Shown here in pieces: positions 9,053 through 17,842 of a stretch of 64,000 bases of DNA (position 1 is its first letter; every line of letters starts with the position of its first letter). The translations under genes and the position numbers were made by a program. The stretch is from the NCBI GenBank assembly GCA_050011565.1, contig JBEKIW010000004.1, positions 96,001 to 160,000 of the forward strand, written 5' to 3'. A model generated the notes under the pieces. That model was not told the DNA's origin. It saw only the letters and a program-made list of their open reading frames with translations, and did not search any database. This DNA is from Dehalococcoidia bacterium. Lineage in GTDB: Bacteria > Chloroflexota > Dehalococcoidia > GIF9 > UBA5629.

Positions 9053-10885
9053 TTACAGCTCGTCCTCTCTCAATTCCCGCCTAGATACTTTGCCGACATC
9101 TGTCTTTGGCACTTCACCCCTGAACTCTACGATTCTGGGACATTTATAGTGCGCCATATGTTCCGCGCAATATTTCATGATTTCTTCTTCGGAGACTTTG
9201 CCTCTGGCGTCCGTCTCGAGGACGACGATGGCTTTGACTTTCTCTCCGACGTTTTTGTCGGGAACCCCGATTACACCCGCCTCTTTGACCAGTGGATGCG
9301 CTTTCAGTACCTCCTCCACCTCCCTGGCGAATACCGCCAGGCCCTTATATTTAATCATGTCACGTTTTCTATCGTAGAAAAAGAAATAGCCTTCTTTGTC
9401 CATTCTGGCCAGGTCGCCGGTTCGAAGCCATGTTTCGCCGCCGATTTTGACGAACATTTTCTTCGTCTCTTCCGGATTATGCCAGTATCCTGGGGATATT
9501 TGTGGACCCCTGACGGCAAGCTCGCCTATCTCGCCAACAGGCAGAAATTTGGTGCTTTCAGGACTGAGTATTCCAGCTACTGTGTTACACATGGGGACGC
9601 CGAAAGAACCGACCTTCGGCCTGCCGTATGGACTACCCATTCCAATAGAGCTAGTCTCAGTCATACCCCAGCCCTCATGTATTTTAGTATTTGTCCGTTT
9701 CTCCCAACCTATCGCCGTATCTTCAAGAAGGGCATCGGCGCCGGAGACGAGAACTTTGAGGCGCTTCCAGTTAATTCTGTCCGTACGTTGATAATCTCTG
9801 AGGTACTCATACAAAGACGGGACGCTGAAGAAAATAGTTGCCTTGTAGCTTTCGATGGCATTTAAGATGTCGTCGAGGTCGGGGGTGGTGAATATCACCA
9901 GGGTGTAGCCCTGAGCCAGACCACCCAACATAATCACTGCCTGACCGTAGATATGGTAAAAGGGCAAATATGCCAGTATGGTCTCTTTGCCTTCCTGGAC
10001 AATATTTCCCCAGAACTCTGAGCCTATGTACCTGGCTGCAGTGATATTATAGTGGGTTATCATAGCTCCTTTGGGAAGTCCTGTTGTGCCGCCGGTATAG
10101 GGCAGGGTTACCAGGTCCTCATGAATATTGAACTTGATTTTTGGCGGCTTGGGCGGATATTTCTTAATCAAGTCCTGTAATTGATAAATTCCTTCTCTTT
10201 CATATATCTCAGAAGGTGGTGCTGCCATCTTCTGGTATACAGCCCTGAGTATGCTGCTGCCCAGGAACTTTTTTAGCCCGGGTAAATATTCTGCAATACT
10301 GGTCAGGATAACCTTATCCAGTTTGACTCCTGACCGTTCCACATTTTCATAAAGTATATCCTGGCAGACGATTATCCGGGCGCCGCTGTCTTCAATTTGA
10401 TGTTTGATTTCGGGACTAACATAAACAGGACTGATGGCAGTCAGTATAGCTCCAGCCTTCAGGGCGCCGAAATAGGCTATGATGAATTGAGGTGAGTTCA
10501 GGAGCAGTAAAGCAACCCTATCACCTTTTTTGACTCCCAGGTCCTGCAAGGCTGTGGCGAATCTATCGACGTGGTCTCTTAATTCGCGGTAGCTTATTTT
10601 TCTACCGTAGAATATTACGGCGGTCCTATCCTTCCATTTAGTTGTAGCTTCATCGAAGGTTTCGACTGCGGATTTTTCCGGTATTTTGACATCCGCGGGC
10701 ACCTCTTTGAGGTAAAACTTCAGCCATGGTCTTTTTTCATATATTGCCTTGTTTGGGTCAGCCTTTGGAGCAGCTTTCTTTACTTGAGCTTTCTTTAGTT
10801 GAGCTTTCTTTAGTTGAGCTTTCTTTAGTTGAGCTTTCTTTGGGTGAGCCTTCTTTGGGTGGGACTTCTTTGGGTGAGCCTTCAT
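9053..10885 (-). CDS. Long-chain fatty acid/acyl-CoA ligase paralogue with an N-terminal Lys-rich pentapeptide repeat
   Basis: Same AMP-binding motifs as the neighbouring ligase and closely similar to it; ATG at 10885 after AGGAGGAG. Confidence 0.9.
   Translation of the reverse strand: MKAHPKKSHPKKAHPKKAQLKKAQLKKAQLKKAQVKKAAPKADPNKAIYEKRPWLKFYLKEVPADVKIPEKSAVETFDEATTKWKDRTAVIFYGRKISYRELRDHVDRFATALQDLGVKKGDRVALLLLNSPQFIIAYFGALKAGAILTAISPVYVSPEIKHQIEDSGARIIVCQDILYENVERSGVKLDKVILTSIAEYLPGLKKFLGSSILRAVYQKMAAPPSEIYEREGIYQLQDLIKKYPPKPPKIKFNIHEDLVTLPYTGGTTGLPKGAMITHYNITAARYIGSEFWGNIVQEGKETILAYLPFYHIYGQAVIMLGGLAQGYTLVIFTTPDLDDILNAIESYKATIFFSVPSLYEYLRDYQRTDRINWKRLKVLVSGADALLEDTAIGWEKRTNTKIHEGWGMTETSSIGMGSPYGRPKVGSFGVPMCNTVAGILSPESTKFLPVGEIGELAVRGPQISPGYWHNPEETKKMFVKIGGETWLRTGDLARMDKEGYFFFYDRKRDMIKYKGLAVFAREVEEVLKAHPLVKEAGVIGVPDKNVGEKVKAIVVLETDARGKVSEEEIMKYCAEHMAHYKCPRIVEFRGEVPKTDVGKVSRRELREDEL
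10773..10882 (-). repeat. 15-bp tandem repeat encoding KKAHP/KKAQL pentapeptides
   Basis: About 7 copies of tgagctttctttagt / tgagccttctttggg. Confidence 0.9.
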
Positions 10886-11132
10886 TGTGTCGTCTCCTCC
10901 TAATTTGCTAAGCGTCAAGTATAACACATTATACTCGTATTTTGCTACTGTGTATGAAGTGCTGGTTATGCTGTTTTTAAGTCCGGAATATCCGGTTTAT
11001 TGCCACGCAGGCTCTGGAATTGATAAAATACGCTACTATAGATGATTGCGGCTTAAATTAGCAGGTAATACCTGGCGCCGTTCACAATATAATCAGATGG
11101 GTTCGTCAAACATTAACCACAAGGAGGCTCGA

Positions 11133-11630
11133 GTGAGAAACAATAAAAAACATTGGTTTCTGCTTTTGGGACTTATCGTCCTGCTGCTCAGTTCTGTCGT
11201 CGGTTGTGGTCAGCCGGGATTCACGGCATATACCAATGATTTGGGAGGGTATAGTATTAGTTATCCGCTCAGTTGGAAGGGCGAGGTTTCTAAAGACGGG
11301 ACAACATTCCTAATAGCATCTCCGACCCGCGTGGCTTCGGTCATGATATATGTAGCAGATTCCATGTCAGCTCAAACTGCTGCCCAACGTTGGCTTATGT
11401 CATTGGGAACACATTGGTCTGAAATAGCTCAAATAGAAAATAAACCAATGGAAGGCTTCTGGAACTGGTATGTTTCATATGACTATAATGCGGATACTGG
11501 CCCGTTTCACGGAGAGGCTTACTTCAAGAGCACTGCAGACCACCTCTATAGATTGGATACGGCAGCAGATTCGGCTGGATACAAGAATTATCCCTTCTCT
11601 ATGATAATCTCATCATTTAAGCTGAAGTGA
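11133..11630 (+). CDS. PsbP-like domain lipoprotein
   Basis: GTG start after AAGGAGG; lipobox VVGC; YTNDLGGYSISYPLSW; ends IISSFKLK. Confidence 0.7.
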   Translation: MRNNKKHWFLLLGLIVLLLSSVVGCGQPGFTAYTNDLGGYSISYPLSWKGEVSKDGTTFLIASPTRVASVMIYVADSMSAQTAAQRWLMSLGTHWSEIAQIENKPMEGFWNWYVSYDYNADTGPFHGEAYFKSTADHLYRLDTAADSAGYKNYPFSMIISSFKLK

Positions 11631-11872
11631 TTCATTCCGCTATAAATCACTCAGTCTAAATTTAACGGCCGCTATACATCCTCTTTAGATAGGGCTTCAC
11701 CTTATCAAGGTAACCAGCCATTTCTATAGGCTTCCGGTGACCGTCTATAACCCAATCTTCACCTAATTTTCACGCAATATTTGTATTTTCTTCGTCGTAT
11801 TTTCACATTTGTCTGTTATGCTATATAGTCAAAGGTCGAAAAGTTAAAGTAGAAAAGAATAAGGAGGCAGCC

Positions 11873-12316
11873 ATGTTGATACGTGACATAATGACAACTA
11901 ACGTAGTCTCGATTCCAAGCACTACTTCGTTAGCTGATGCCAGGAGAATAATGGATGTCCACGGGGTGAAGCATTTGCCGGTAATAGATAAGGAAAAACT
12001 GGTAGGCATGGTCACCCTGAATGCGCTGGACAAAGCAGGACCCTCTGCCATAACCACTTTCAGCAAGCAAGAGCTTAATTACCTGTTAAACAGGTTGACT
12101 GTCAAGGAAGTCATGAGCAGGGACCTGATCACCATTTCTCCAGATGACACCGTTGTGGAAGCAGTGGCTTTAGCCCGACTGAATAAGTCGAGGTTATTGC
12201 TGGCCATGGAGGACGGTCACCTGGTAGGGATAGTTACTACCAGCGATTTCTTCTATAACGTGCTTGACCGAATACTGGGTATAGGCCAGACCGATGCCAT
12301 GGTTTTAGCGCACTAA
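11873..12316 (+). CDS. CBS-pair protein (AcuB-like, no ACT domain)
   Basis: IRDIMT..., HLPVID..LVGMVT, VKEVMS..., LVGIVTTSD; AAGGAGG ribosome-binding site. Confidence 0.85.
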   Translation: MLIRDIMTTNVVSIPSTTSLADARRIMDVHGVKHLPVIDKEKLVGMVTLNALDKAGPSAITTFSKQELNYLLNRLTVKEVMSRDLITISPDDTVVEAVALARLNKSRLLLAMEDGHLVGIVTTSDFFYNVLDRILGIGQTDAMVLAH

Positions 12317-12341
12317 GTCAAAGGGGAGAGCTGAAATAGAA

Positions 12342-12384
12342 GGCGGATATCTGGTTTCGATGTCAGGTATCCGCCGCTATTTTT
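12342..12384 (+). terminator. Probable intrinsic terminator of the CBS gene
   Basis: Stem ggcggatatctg / caggtatccgcc followed by tattttt. Confidence 0.55.
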
Positions 12385-12421
12385 GTGCGAGCACGGATAC
12401 CAGCCGCCTTTCCTAAAAGAC

Positions 12422-12455
12422 GAGAAACCAGCGCTGGTCACGACGCTGGTTTCTC
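12422..12455. terminator. 12-bp stem-loop, possibly a bidirectional terminator
   Basis: gagaaaccagcg...cgctggtttctc with T-rich flanks on both strands. Confidence 0.55.
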
Positions 12456-12547
12456 TGTTTGGTTAAGGGGGCGATGACTCGCCTAATTAGTACAACGTAA
12501 TAAATCGACGAAAGTTTAGGCCGGCTACGGTTGAGGTTCAGAAAAAT

Positions 12548-12631
12548 TTATAACTGCTTTGGGATAATCATTTGTTCAGACCGCGAGCCACGAGCTCCCG
12601 GGAGAACACCCTTCCAGAACGCTCCTGGCAT
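12548..12631 (-). CDS. Putative 27-aa small protein MPGAFWKGVLPGARGSRSEQMIIPKQL
   Basis: Strong ribosome-binding site AGGAGGTG immediately before the ATG; hairpin downstream at 12422-12455. Too short for the ORF track. Confidence 0.4.
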   Translation of the reverse strand: MPGAFWKGVLPGARGSRSEQMIIPKQL

Positions 12632-12816
12632 GGCTCACCTCCTGTGACGTTAAGGTTCCCCTGAGAAATAAGATATCATACAAGCCCGCCAATAGCCATA
12701 GTGGGTTATATAATTGTCCGTTCGCTACTGCTAATGCCATTGCCCAAAATATACTTTAAAGACTATATATTTGTGTTGATTACGAGTCATAGAGAGTAAT
12801 TAAAGTTTGTTAGTAA

Positions 12817-13659
12817 AAATGGGTTAGTTCATTTGTAGAACTCTATTATTTCTCCTCTCCTAGGTTAATCTTTAGAGAAATTACTGATGAGCCACCCCAT
12901 CGTCTGTTGGCGACTTACGTAACTGAAACATTTGTACACAACCCAAGTGTTCTAAACGCCTGTTTTATAGAAACAGATTATTCTCACCTTTACTTCCTTG
13001 CATTGATAAACTCGTCACTTTTGTCTGAATATTTTTATCGAACAAGTCCAAAGTCGGGCAAGGGACTATTTCCGAAAGTATTAGTCGAAGACATTAGGAG
13101 ATTTCCCATACGCCGCGTCTCCTTTACCACACTTCGTGAACGGCGTGAGGCATTGGTCGGTCAAGGCCGCCAGCTTTACGAGGTAGATCCGTCAAGCGTA
13201 GTCGCGTTCGTGGAAGAGCGTCTTTCCGCTCAACCGGAAGAATCAGATGTGGTGCATGACCTGCTGGCTTTCCTGGCGGAGGAGATGATACGGCTCAACA
13301 AAGAGAAGCAGTCCAGGATTAAAGTGTTTTTATCCTGGCTTGAGAAGGAGATACTGAAAGGCTCCGTTGAAGACCAGAAGAACAAGACAAAGATAAAGGA
13401 CTTCTATAACAATACCTTTGAGGATTTGCTGGATGTGCTTAAGAAAAATAAGATTATCCCGGACCCGTGCCCGTCCAACATACGGGACATTATAGCCAGT
13501 GAATTTTCGGCGGCTGTGAATGCCCTTACTCCACTAAAGACTCGAATCAAAGTAACCGATGACCTCATTGACCAGATAGTCTATAGACTCTACAGCCTTA
13601 CCGATGATGAAATATCCATCGTGGAAGGCAGTATTACCACGACAACTCGAACAAAATGA
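12817..13659 (+). pseudogene. 5'-truncated type IIG/Eco57I-like restriction-modification protein (TaqI-like C-terminal specificity region)
   Basis: Frame reads YFSSPRLIFREI...YFLALINSSLL..YFY...FP...IRRFPI and ends DDLIDQIVYRLYSLTDDEISIVEG. No ribosome-binding site, stops upstream at about 12811-12816, and no MTase motifs I/IV. Confidence 0.65.
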
Positions 13660-13665
13660 GTTTGT

Positions 13666-13723
13666 GAGATTGCCACGTCGCTACACTCCTCGCAATGACA
13701 TGGGGAGAGAGTTCGCAATGACA
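13666..13723. repeat. REP-like palindromic element (GAGATTGCCACG...CTCGCAATGACA family)
   Basis: gagattgccacgtcgctacactcctcgcaatgaca plus a second tcgcaatgaca; intergenic between convergent genes. Confidence 0.6.
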
Positions 13724-13762
13724 GGTTAGGGCTTGGCGGTTATTTACCGGCAGGTTAGTAAA

Positions 13763-14911
13763 TCAGATTTTGGAGAACAACCTTCCCAACAAGGGACTTT
13801 CTATTAGAATGGCTCCATCGGGGCAGGTTTCCTGACAGCAGTAGCAGCGGATACAGCGGTCGTAGTTGTGCCTGGGCGGCTGGGACCTGTCACCTTCATA
13901 CCAATCGACGGCTTTGGGGTGGACGGGACACATCTTAACGCAGATACCGCATAGGTCACACCTGGCTTTATCGATAACGGGCCTCTGGGTTATTCTGTTT
14001 TTGATGAAGGTACTGAACCGGCCGCCGGTACTATGGGCTGGAGGCGTTCGGTTTACCTCAAAGCTGGGGTCGAAAAAGGAATCTATGTCTCCGCCTGTCA
14101 GCTCAATATTCTCAGCGTGGTATGTTCCCAGCTTGGCTGCTTCACCCGGCTGGCTGGTGGGTACGATGGCGGGATTAAGGTTAATAATACGGCAGGCTGT
14201 GGCATCCAGGGCTATGGGGTCGCTGGAGAATAACAGGACATTTAACTGCTTCGGCTTGCCGCTCCTGGGACCGTTACCCTCCATGGCTGTAATCCCATCC
14301 AAAATGTAAAGGCGTGGCTTTATAAGCGTATTCAAATCAACCAGCATGGTGGCGAAATCGTAGGGGTCAGGCAGTTTAACGTGGTACTGGCTCTTGAGCA
14401 GGCCAGGGATGCAGCCGAATTGATTCTTTACGGCTCCGGTAAATAGCGTAAGGCCGTGCGTTTTGAGCCGGGGCAAGCTTACCAGGCCGTCAGCCTCCAG
14501 CACGCCATTGGCAATGACGAATTTCTTGACCAGCAGGGCATTCTTATGGCTGACCGACTTCCCGGAATCGAAATCGGCTAATTTGAGCTCCAGCTCGTCA
14601 CCAACCTGCTTCAAGCCGGCTCGTCTGATATTGGGCTCGCATTTGCCGAAGGCCGGGGAGTCGCCATAAGACACGACGGCGCCGGCTTCTTTGAAGAGGC
14701 CGGCTACGGCTCTGAATACGGCAGTATGCGTGGTCACGCCGTTATTGGGACTGGTGCCAATCAATACATTGGGTTTCAGTACGATTCTGTCACCGGATTT
14801 GACGAAGGCGGAGACGCCACCGAGCAGGTCGAGCCCGGCTCGAACGGCTGTCAACACCTCATTACTATCGTAGGAAACGCATTTAACGAGCGCGACTTTT
14901 GATTTATTCAT
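13763..14911 (-). CDS. DUF362 domain iron-sulfur protein with a C-terminal 2x[4Fe-4S] ferredoxin
   Basis: VLKPN, LKTH..TGAVKN.FG, MEGNGP and DPIALD motifs; CDLCGICVKMCP and CIRCYCCQETCP. Confidence 0.85.
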   Translation of the reverse strand: MNKSKVALVKCVSYDSNEVLTAVRAGLDLLGGVSAFVKSGDRIVLKPNVLIGTSPNNGVTTHTAVFRAVAGLFKEAGAVVSYGDSPAFGKCEPNIRRAGLKQVGDELELKLADFDSGKSVSHKNALLVKKFVIANGVLEADGLVSLPRLKTHGLTLFTGAVKNQFGCIPGLLKSQYHVKLPDPYDFATMLVDLNTLIKPRLYILDGITAMEGNGPRSGKPKQLNVLLFSSDPIALDATACRIINLNPAIVPTSQPGEAAKLGTYHAENIELTGGDIDSFFDPSFEVNRTPPAHSTGGRFSTFIKNRITQRPVIDKARCDLCGICVKMCPVHPKAVDWYEGDRSQPPRHNYDRCIRCYCCQETCPDGAILIESPLLGRLFSKI

Positions 14912-14954
14912 GGGTGGTTCTTCCTGTCGGGTGAATGTTAAGACGATGGGGGAA

Positions 14955-14989
14955 CAAAAGTCAAAAGTTAAAAGCTAAAAGTCAAAAAT
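14955..14989. repeat. Heptamer tandem repeat (YAAAAGT) x5
   Basis: caaaagt caaaagt taaaagc taaaagt caaaaat. Confidence 0.7.
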
Positions 14990-15020
14990 TGGGGGATAAT
15001 TTTTACGTCAGCGTGCGGAG

Positions 15021-16271
15021 TCAGGCCTGGCTGTCCTTTTTCAGGATATAGTCCCGGACAATTTTAAGAGATGCTTCAACCAGCTCCGGTTCAATAGATT
15101 CAGGGACATCATCCGGTGTGTGATACACGAGGTCCTCACCGAATTTTCCGATATCAAAGCTAATACCCGCCATATTGATGGCTTCAACGCCGAGCTTGCC
15201 GAATTCAGCGGCATCCGTGCTGCCGGCACCGAAGGGCATAGAGGCGATTCGGGCGGGATAACCCAGCGATTTAGCAGTATCCACACAATCCTGCGCCATG
15301 GCACGGGACAGCCTCACGGTTGAATTCAGGTCTTTGTCCAGAAAAGTGAGGTCTTTGAGCTTGTAAAGCGTGTCGATATTAAAGACATAGGTCTTGGTGT
15401 TCAGCAATTCTTGGCCGTGTTTATTACAGAAGGCACGCGCGCCGCGGAGCCCGGCTTCCTCGGCATCGAAAGAGGCTACTATTAAGCGGGTGTGACGCAG
15501 AGGATTTTTGCCCGCTTTTTTAGCCTGATGGAATAGCCGGGCCGTCTCGCCGGCAACGGCTACGGCAATCATGTCATCGCCGGCAGCGGGAGATACCTCT
15601 CCCGTGGTGAAGAAGGCCAGCGGCAGCTGGAAAATGCCGCCGACCATCAGGGCCACAGGTACCCAGAGTAGGATCCCGTCGGGAACAGGGACTTGAAACA
15701 AGGCCAGCACGATCCAAATCAGCGAGACGAGGAAGCCGAGCAGCAAAAACAGTATGCCGGCGTTGATTAGCCTGGCATAGTATTTCGGGGCATAAGCCAG
15801 TAGCTGAAAGACATAGGCGGCGTCATGATGGGCGCTGACCACGACCTGCTGCTTTACCTCGCCTTCAGGTTCGATAGAGCCGTAGACGTTGTAGCCGGTG
15901 GCTTTGGGGAAATAGGGGTCGAGCAATTCCCAGTAGCGGACAAACTGGGCATAAAACATGAAGATTGCCAGGCCGTAGACGACAAGCGCCGTCAGCGGGA
16001 GCCCGAAATATAATAGAACAGCGCCGGCAAAATAAAGGACGACGAGGGCGGGGATATATTTCAGGAAGCTCTTAGGGTGGACCGTGAAATCTTCCACGTG
16101 CACCGAGCCCGGGTCACAGTGCTTAATGAATTCCTGTTTTATGCGGTCGGCGGCATTTTTACAGGCTTCCGTTCCAGCCAGGCGGTTGGGGTAGTTCTGA
16201 ACGACTTCATCGGTGAAGTTGAAGACTCGACGGACGTGGGTTTTGGTTATGTTCAGGCTGCGGGTTTTCAT
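15021..16271 (-). CDS. Membrane-embedded M28 family metallopeptidase
   Basis: SAHHD, GDD, AEEAGLRG, NID, TDA and YHTPDD zinc-ligand motifs, with inserted transmembrane helices. Confidence 0.85.
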   Translation of the reverse strand: MKTRSLNITKTHVRRVFNFTDEVVQNYPNRLAGTEACKNAADRIKQEFIKHCDPGSVHVEDFTVHPKSFLKYIPALVVLYFAGAVLLYFGLPLTALVVYGLAIFMFYAQFVRYWELLDPYFPKATGYNVYGSIEPEGEVKQQVVVSAHHDAAYVFQLLAYAPKYYARLINAGILFLLLGFLVSLIWIVLALFQVPVPDGILLWVPVALMVGGIFQLPLAFFTTGEVSPAAGDDMIAVAVAGETARLFHQAKKAGKNPLRHTRLIVASFDAEEAGLRGARAFCNKHGQELLNTKTYVFNIDTLYKLKDLTFLDKDLNSTVRLSRAMAQDCVDTAKSLGYPARIASMPFGAGSTDAAEFGKLGVEAINMAGISFDIGKFGEDLVYHTPDDVPESIEPELVEASLKIVRDYILKKDSQA

Positions 16272-16321
16272 GGCGTTGTCTGCTGCCTATGTTAAGGCGC
16301 AGGTGGATGGTTGTCAACTGG

Positions 16322-16398
16322 AAATCCCCCTTTATCCCCCTTTTTCAAAGGGGGAAATAGGCTTCTCCCTTTCCTAAAGGGAGATTGAGAGGGATTTT
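16322..16398. repeat. ~77-bp structured repeat element (CCCCCTTT..AAAGGGGG type), copy 1
   Basis: Terminal inverted aaatccc/gggattt enclosing two hairpins; near-identical copy at 17764-17840. Confidence 0.8.
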
Positions 16399-16576
16399 AC
16401 CTTCTTACAAATCCCCCTTTATCCGCTCGAGCGCATTTCCGTTATTTTTGACACTTTACTGAATAGGTTGTACCATTCTCTGCCCAATGATATGTATTTC
16501 CAACGACCGAGCGAGTCAAGATTCGGATGGCTTTCAGCTATTCGACCTTTCGCGAAGTCTATTTTAAGGAGGACTA

Positions 16577-17353
16577 ATGAAGCGTTATAAATACCTGTTA
16601 TTGTGTCTAACTATTGTCGTGTCTATTGTCTCACTGGGTGGTTGTCTTGTATCATCCTCTACTCAGTCTGAAATCCAACTACCAACCCCAAGCAGTACAC
16701 CGGCGATGCCGCAGATTGGGGCACTGGTTACCTTGCCCAGCTTTGCCGATTTGACGGATACCGTTAAGCGTTCGGTGGTAGCCATTGACACCGAGACCGT
16801 TGTTACCAGAAGATATATTCAGCGCACTATCCCGGGTGCCGGCTCGGGATGGATAATCGATGAAAGCGGCATCATCGTAACCAATAATCATGTAATCGAA
16901 GGTGCACAAACTATTACGGTGGAACTGGAAAACGGTAAGACGTACACTCCAGTAAGCATCAAAACTGACCCCGATTCCGATATAGCGATACTTAAGATTA
17001 ATGCCGGGAAGCTACCGGCTCTCAAAGTTGGTGATGCCTCGAAGCTGAGGGTTGGGGATTGGGTGGTAGCGGTAGGAAACGCGCTGGGAATGGGCATAAG
17101 TGTTAAAGACGGTATCGTCAGTCGTCTCGGCGTGAGCATTCAAATATCTCCAAGTGAAACGTATTCCAATCTAATTGAAACCAATGCCGCAATTAATCCC
17201 GGCAACAGCGGCGGTCCGCTGGTCAACCTGGCGGGAGAGGTAATCGGCATAACCAGCCTGAAACTCGCTATTGGCGGCGTCGAAGGGATGGGATATGCCA
17301 TAAATATAGAAGATGCGCTGCCGGTGATTCAGAGGCTATTCAAATCAATTTAG
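16577..17353 (+). CDS. Trypsin-like serine protease (HtrA family) lipoprotein lacking a PDZ domain
   Basis: GSGWII, TNNHV, DIAILK and INPGNSGGPL motifs; lipobox LGGC; ends right after the protease domain. Confidence 0.9.
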   Translation: MKRYKYLLLCLTIVVSIVSLGGCLVSSSTQSEIQLPTPSSTPAMPQIGALVTLPSFADLTDTVKRSVVAIDTETVVTRRYIQRTIPGAGSGWIIDESGIIVTNNHVIEGAQTITVELENGKTYTPVSIKTDPDSDIAILKINAGKLPALKVGDASKLRVGDWVVAVGNALGMGISVKDGIVSRLGVSIQISPSETYSNLIETNAAINPGNSGGPLVNLAGEVIGITSLKLAIGGVEGMGYAINIEDALPVIQRLFKSI

Positions 17354-17438
17354 TTTACCCGCTTAAATAGAAGCGATGATTTATGATTCTTGCTAATTGT
17401 GGTAAATTTTAGGCTGAATGAAATCAAAGGAGGGCTAT

Positions 17439-17636
17439 ATGGCGGCAAAAAGTGAATATCAACGGCAGCTAACTATTCTTTTAATATCTTTTCTGGCAGG
17501 CTATTTCGGTCTGGACCGTTTCTACCGGGGAGAAATAGCACTGGGCGTTATTAAGATGATAACATGTGGCGGCCTTGGAGTGTGGTATTTAGTGGATGTA
17601 GCTATTGCTGCCTATCAATTTGGAAAGCTTGACTAA
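17439..17636 (+). CDS. TM2 domain membrane protein
   Basis: G.FGLDRFY.G...G.IK.ITCGGLGVW.LVD; ATG after AAGGAGG. Confidence 0.85.
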   Translation: MAAKSEYQRQLTILLISFLAGYFGLDRFYRGEIALGVIKMITCGGLGVWYLVDVAIAAYQFGKLD

Positions 17637-17697
17637 TCCCGAAGCTAACCGTTAAATTAAGGCCTTTTCACCTGAGGGCAGGTGACAGCTAGAGCAA

Positions 17698-17840
17698 AAA
17701 TCCCCCTTAATCCCCCTTTTTCTAAGGGGGAGACGAAGAATAAAAGTTAGAAGTAGGGATTTAAGATCCCCCTTAACCCCCCTTTTCCAAAGGGGGAAAT
17801 AGACCTCTCCCTTTCGTAAAGGGAGATTGAGAGGGATTTT
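17698..17840. repeat. Structured CCCCCTT/AAGGGGG repeats: a partial copy and full copy 2
   Basis: 17698-17731 is a partial copy; 17764-17840 matches 16322-16398. Confidence 0.8.
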
Positions 17841-17842
17841 AG

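Noticed and set aside
16322-17840. CRISPR array suggested by the repeated palindromic elements
   Set aside because: Only two full copies 1.4 kb apart, with no regular spacers and no cas genes.
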